From Schmidtea polychroa (taxonomy: Eukaryota), in the NCBI GenBank assembly GCA_044892525.1, contig CM097888.1, forward strand, positions 65,534,001 to 65,598,000: a stretch of DNA of 64,000 nucleotides, read 5' to 3'. Below, in pieces: positions 62,916 to 64,000 of the stretch. The position numbers and the translations under genes are program-made. Each line of letters starts with the position of its first letter. Positions within the stretch are counted from its first letter, which is position 1. A model generated the notes under the pieces. It worked only from the letters and a program-made list of their open reading frames with translations, was not told where the DNA came from and did not search any database.

Positions 62916-63824
62916 CTAAAGTGATGATGAATTTATAAATTAAAATACCATAAAAGGAGCTATGAAATACACTATGGAAATTCAAATTTAAATGAGCTAC
63001 CAAATATTTGAAATGGAAATCTTATTCTAAAAATTAGTGTTTTTAAGTGATTATTCAGAAATACATTAAATGAAAGCAATGTAGAAAATCTTTGTAAGAC
63101 TATATCAAATAAAACGTACCATGGAAATAAAACTCGAAATGTATATTAAAACGATTTTATTCAACTATAATATACATCATAACAACATGATCGGATATGA
63201 CAGTTTCACGTAAATTATATTTACCGATCCCAGCCAAACATAATTTTACTTTATCATAGTAAGAAGAAGGTTAAAATACTAAAATTTCCATTAATCGACA
63301 TTATCAAAGCGTACCACCAAAACGCAACAGTCAATTTGTTTTTTATATTAAAACCGATAAATACAAAAGAAATTATATCGAATGAACAAACTTTTACTTT
63401 ACATTACCCATAGAATTTCTGTTATTTATTGAATTGATTAAAACAATATATTTGATAAATAATTTTAATACATTCATATTTGGAGAAATTATTAATTTGC
63501 TCGAGGAGTTTCTATAACAATTTACGAATCTTAGTATATATAATCATATATTCAAACCAACAGACAATAATAATTTGGTATGCCAATGTTTAATATTATT
63601 ACGATTATAGGTGAGCAAGATTGGTCTTAGATATATCTCATTAATAGTCATTATCTTTGAGGTTCTTCGTCTATTACTCTTCCTAAAATCGAACGTATTT
63701 TGTCCTATGGGCATATGTGGTTTTCTCCTCAGAATTAGTTTTACATTCATTAGTTACTCAGTGACGACATCCTATCTAAGGCAATATCTTTTCTTGCTTG
63801 CTATATTAAGTCAACCCTGTAGAT

Positions 63825-63852
63825 CAGGGGTCTCAAACACGCGGCCCGCAAC
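63825..63852 (+). mobile_element. Charlie-type hAT left-end remnant
   Basis: caggggtctcaaacacgcggcccgc; no partner end in the window. Confidence 0.55.
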
Positions 63853-63969
63853 GAAAAAACATAGATTTGTAATTTAACCAAACTTATTTAACAATTAAAA
63901 TCATAATTGGCTGTATAAATTAAAACTTATCTTTTTAATTATTTTTATTTATACATATGACATTATACA

Positions 63970-64000
<31 letters not shown>

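Noticed and set aside
63600-63790. Possible LINE RT fragment on the minus strand (QNTFDFRKSNRRRT ~ QxGFRxxRST)
   Set aside because: Single weak motif; not enough to call.
62916-64000. Missing first DNAH7 exon(s)
   Set aside because: No phase-compatible exon could be supported; it probably lies beyond the window.

Overview
Very AT-rich eukaryotic (metazoan-like) genomic DNA with four short N-gaps, all in introns. It holds three host genes. (1) A + strand PP2A regulatory subunit B'' gene (PPP2R3A/B family), 8 exons from 2397 to 19548, 5' end not found. (2) A single-ORF, - strand, highly diverged canonical poly(A) polymerase paralogue (21899-23347) in which the first catalytic Asp is replaced by Pro. 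(3) An intact - strand inner-arm dynein heavy chain DNAH7 orthologue, 31 exons from 62915 to 26118, about 3900 aa, N-terminus not found. Introns are either about 44-56 bp or expanded by mobile-element debris. The debris includes a decayed Polinton/adintovirus-type protein-primed DNA polymerase interrupted by a young hAT transposon and a MITE, several hAT MITEs with 8-bp TSDs, a Tc1/mariner MITE, and piggyBac, MULE, Penelope and LINE relics. DNAH7 introns also carry a RACK1 pseudogene and a diverged copy of the AAA2 P-loop segment. All homology calls come from motif recognition and recalled family sequences, not database searches. The best candidate for something new is the PAP-like pseudo-enzyme.
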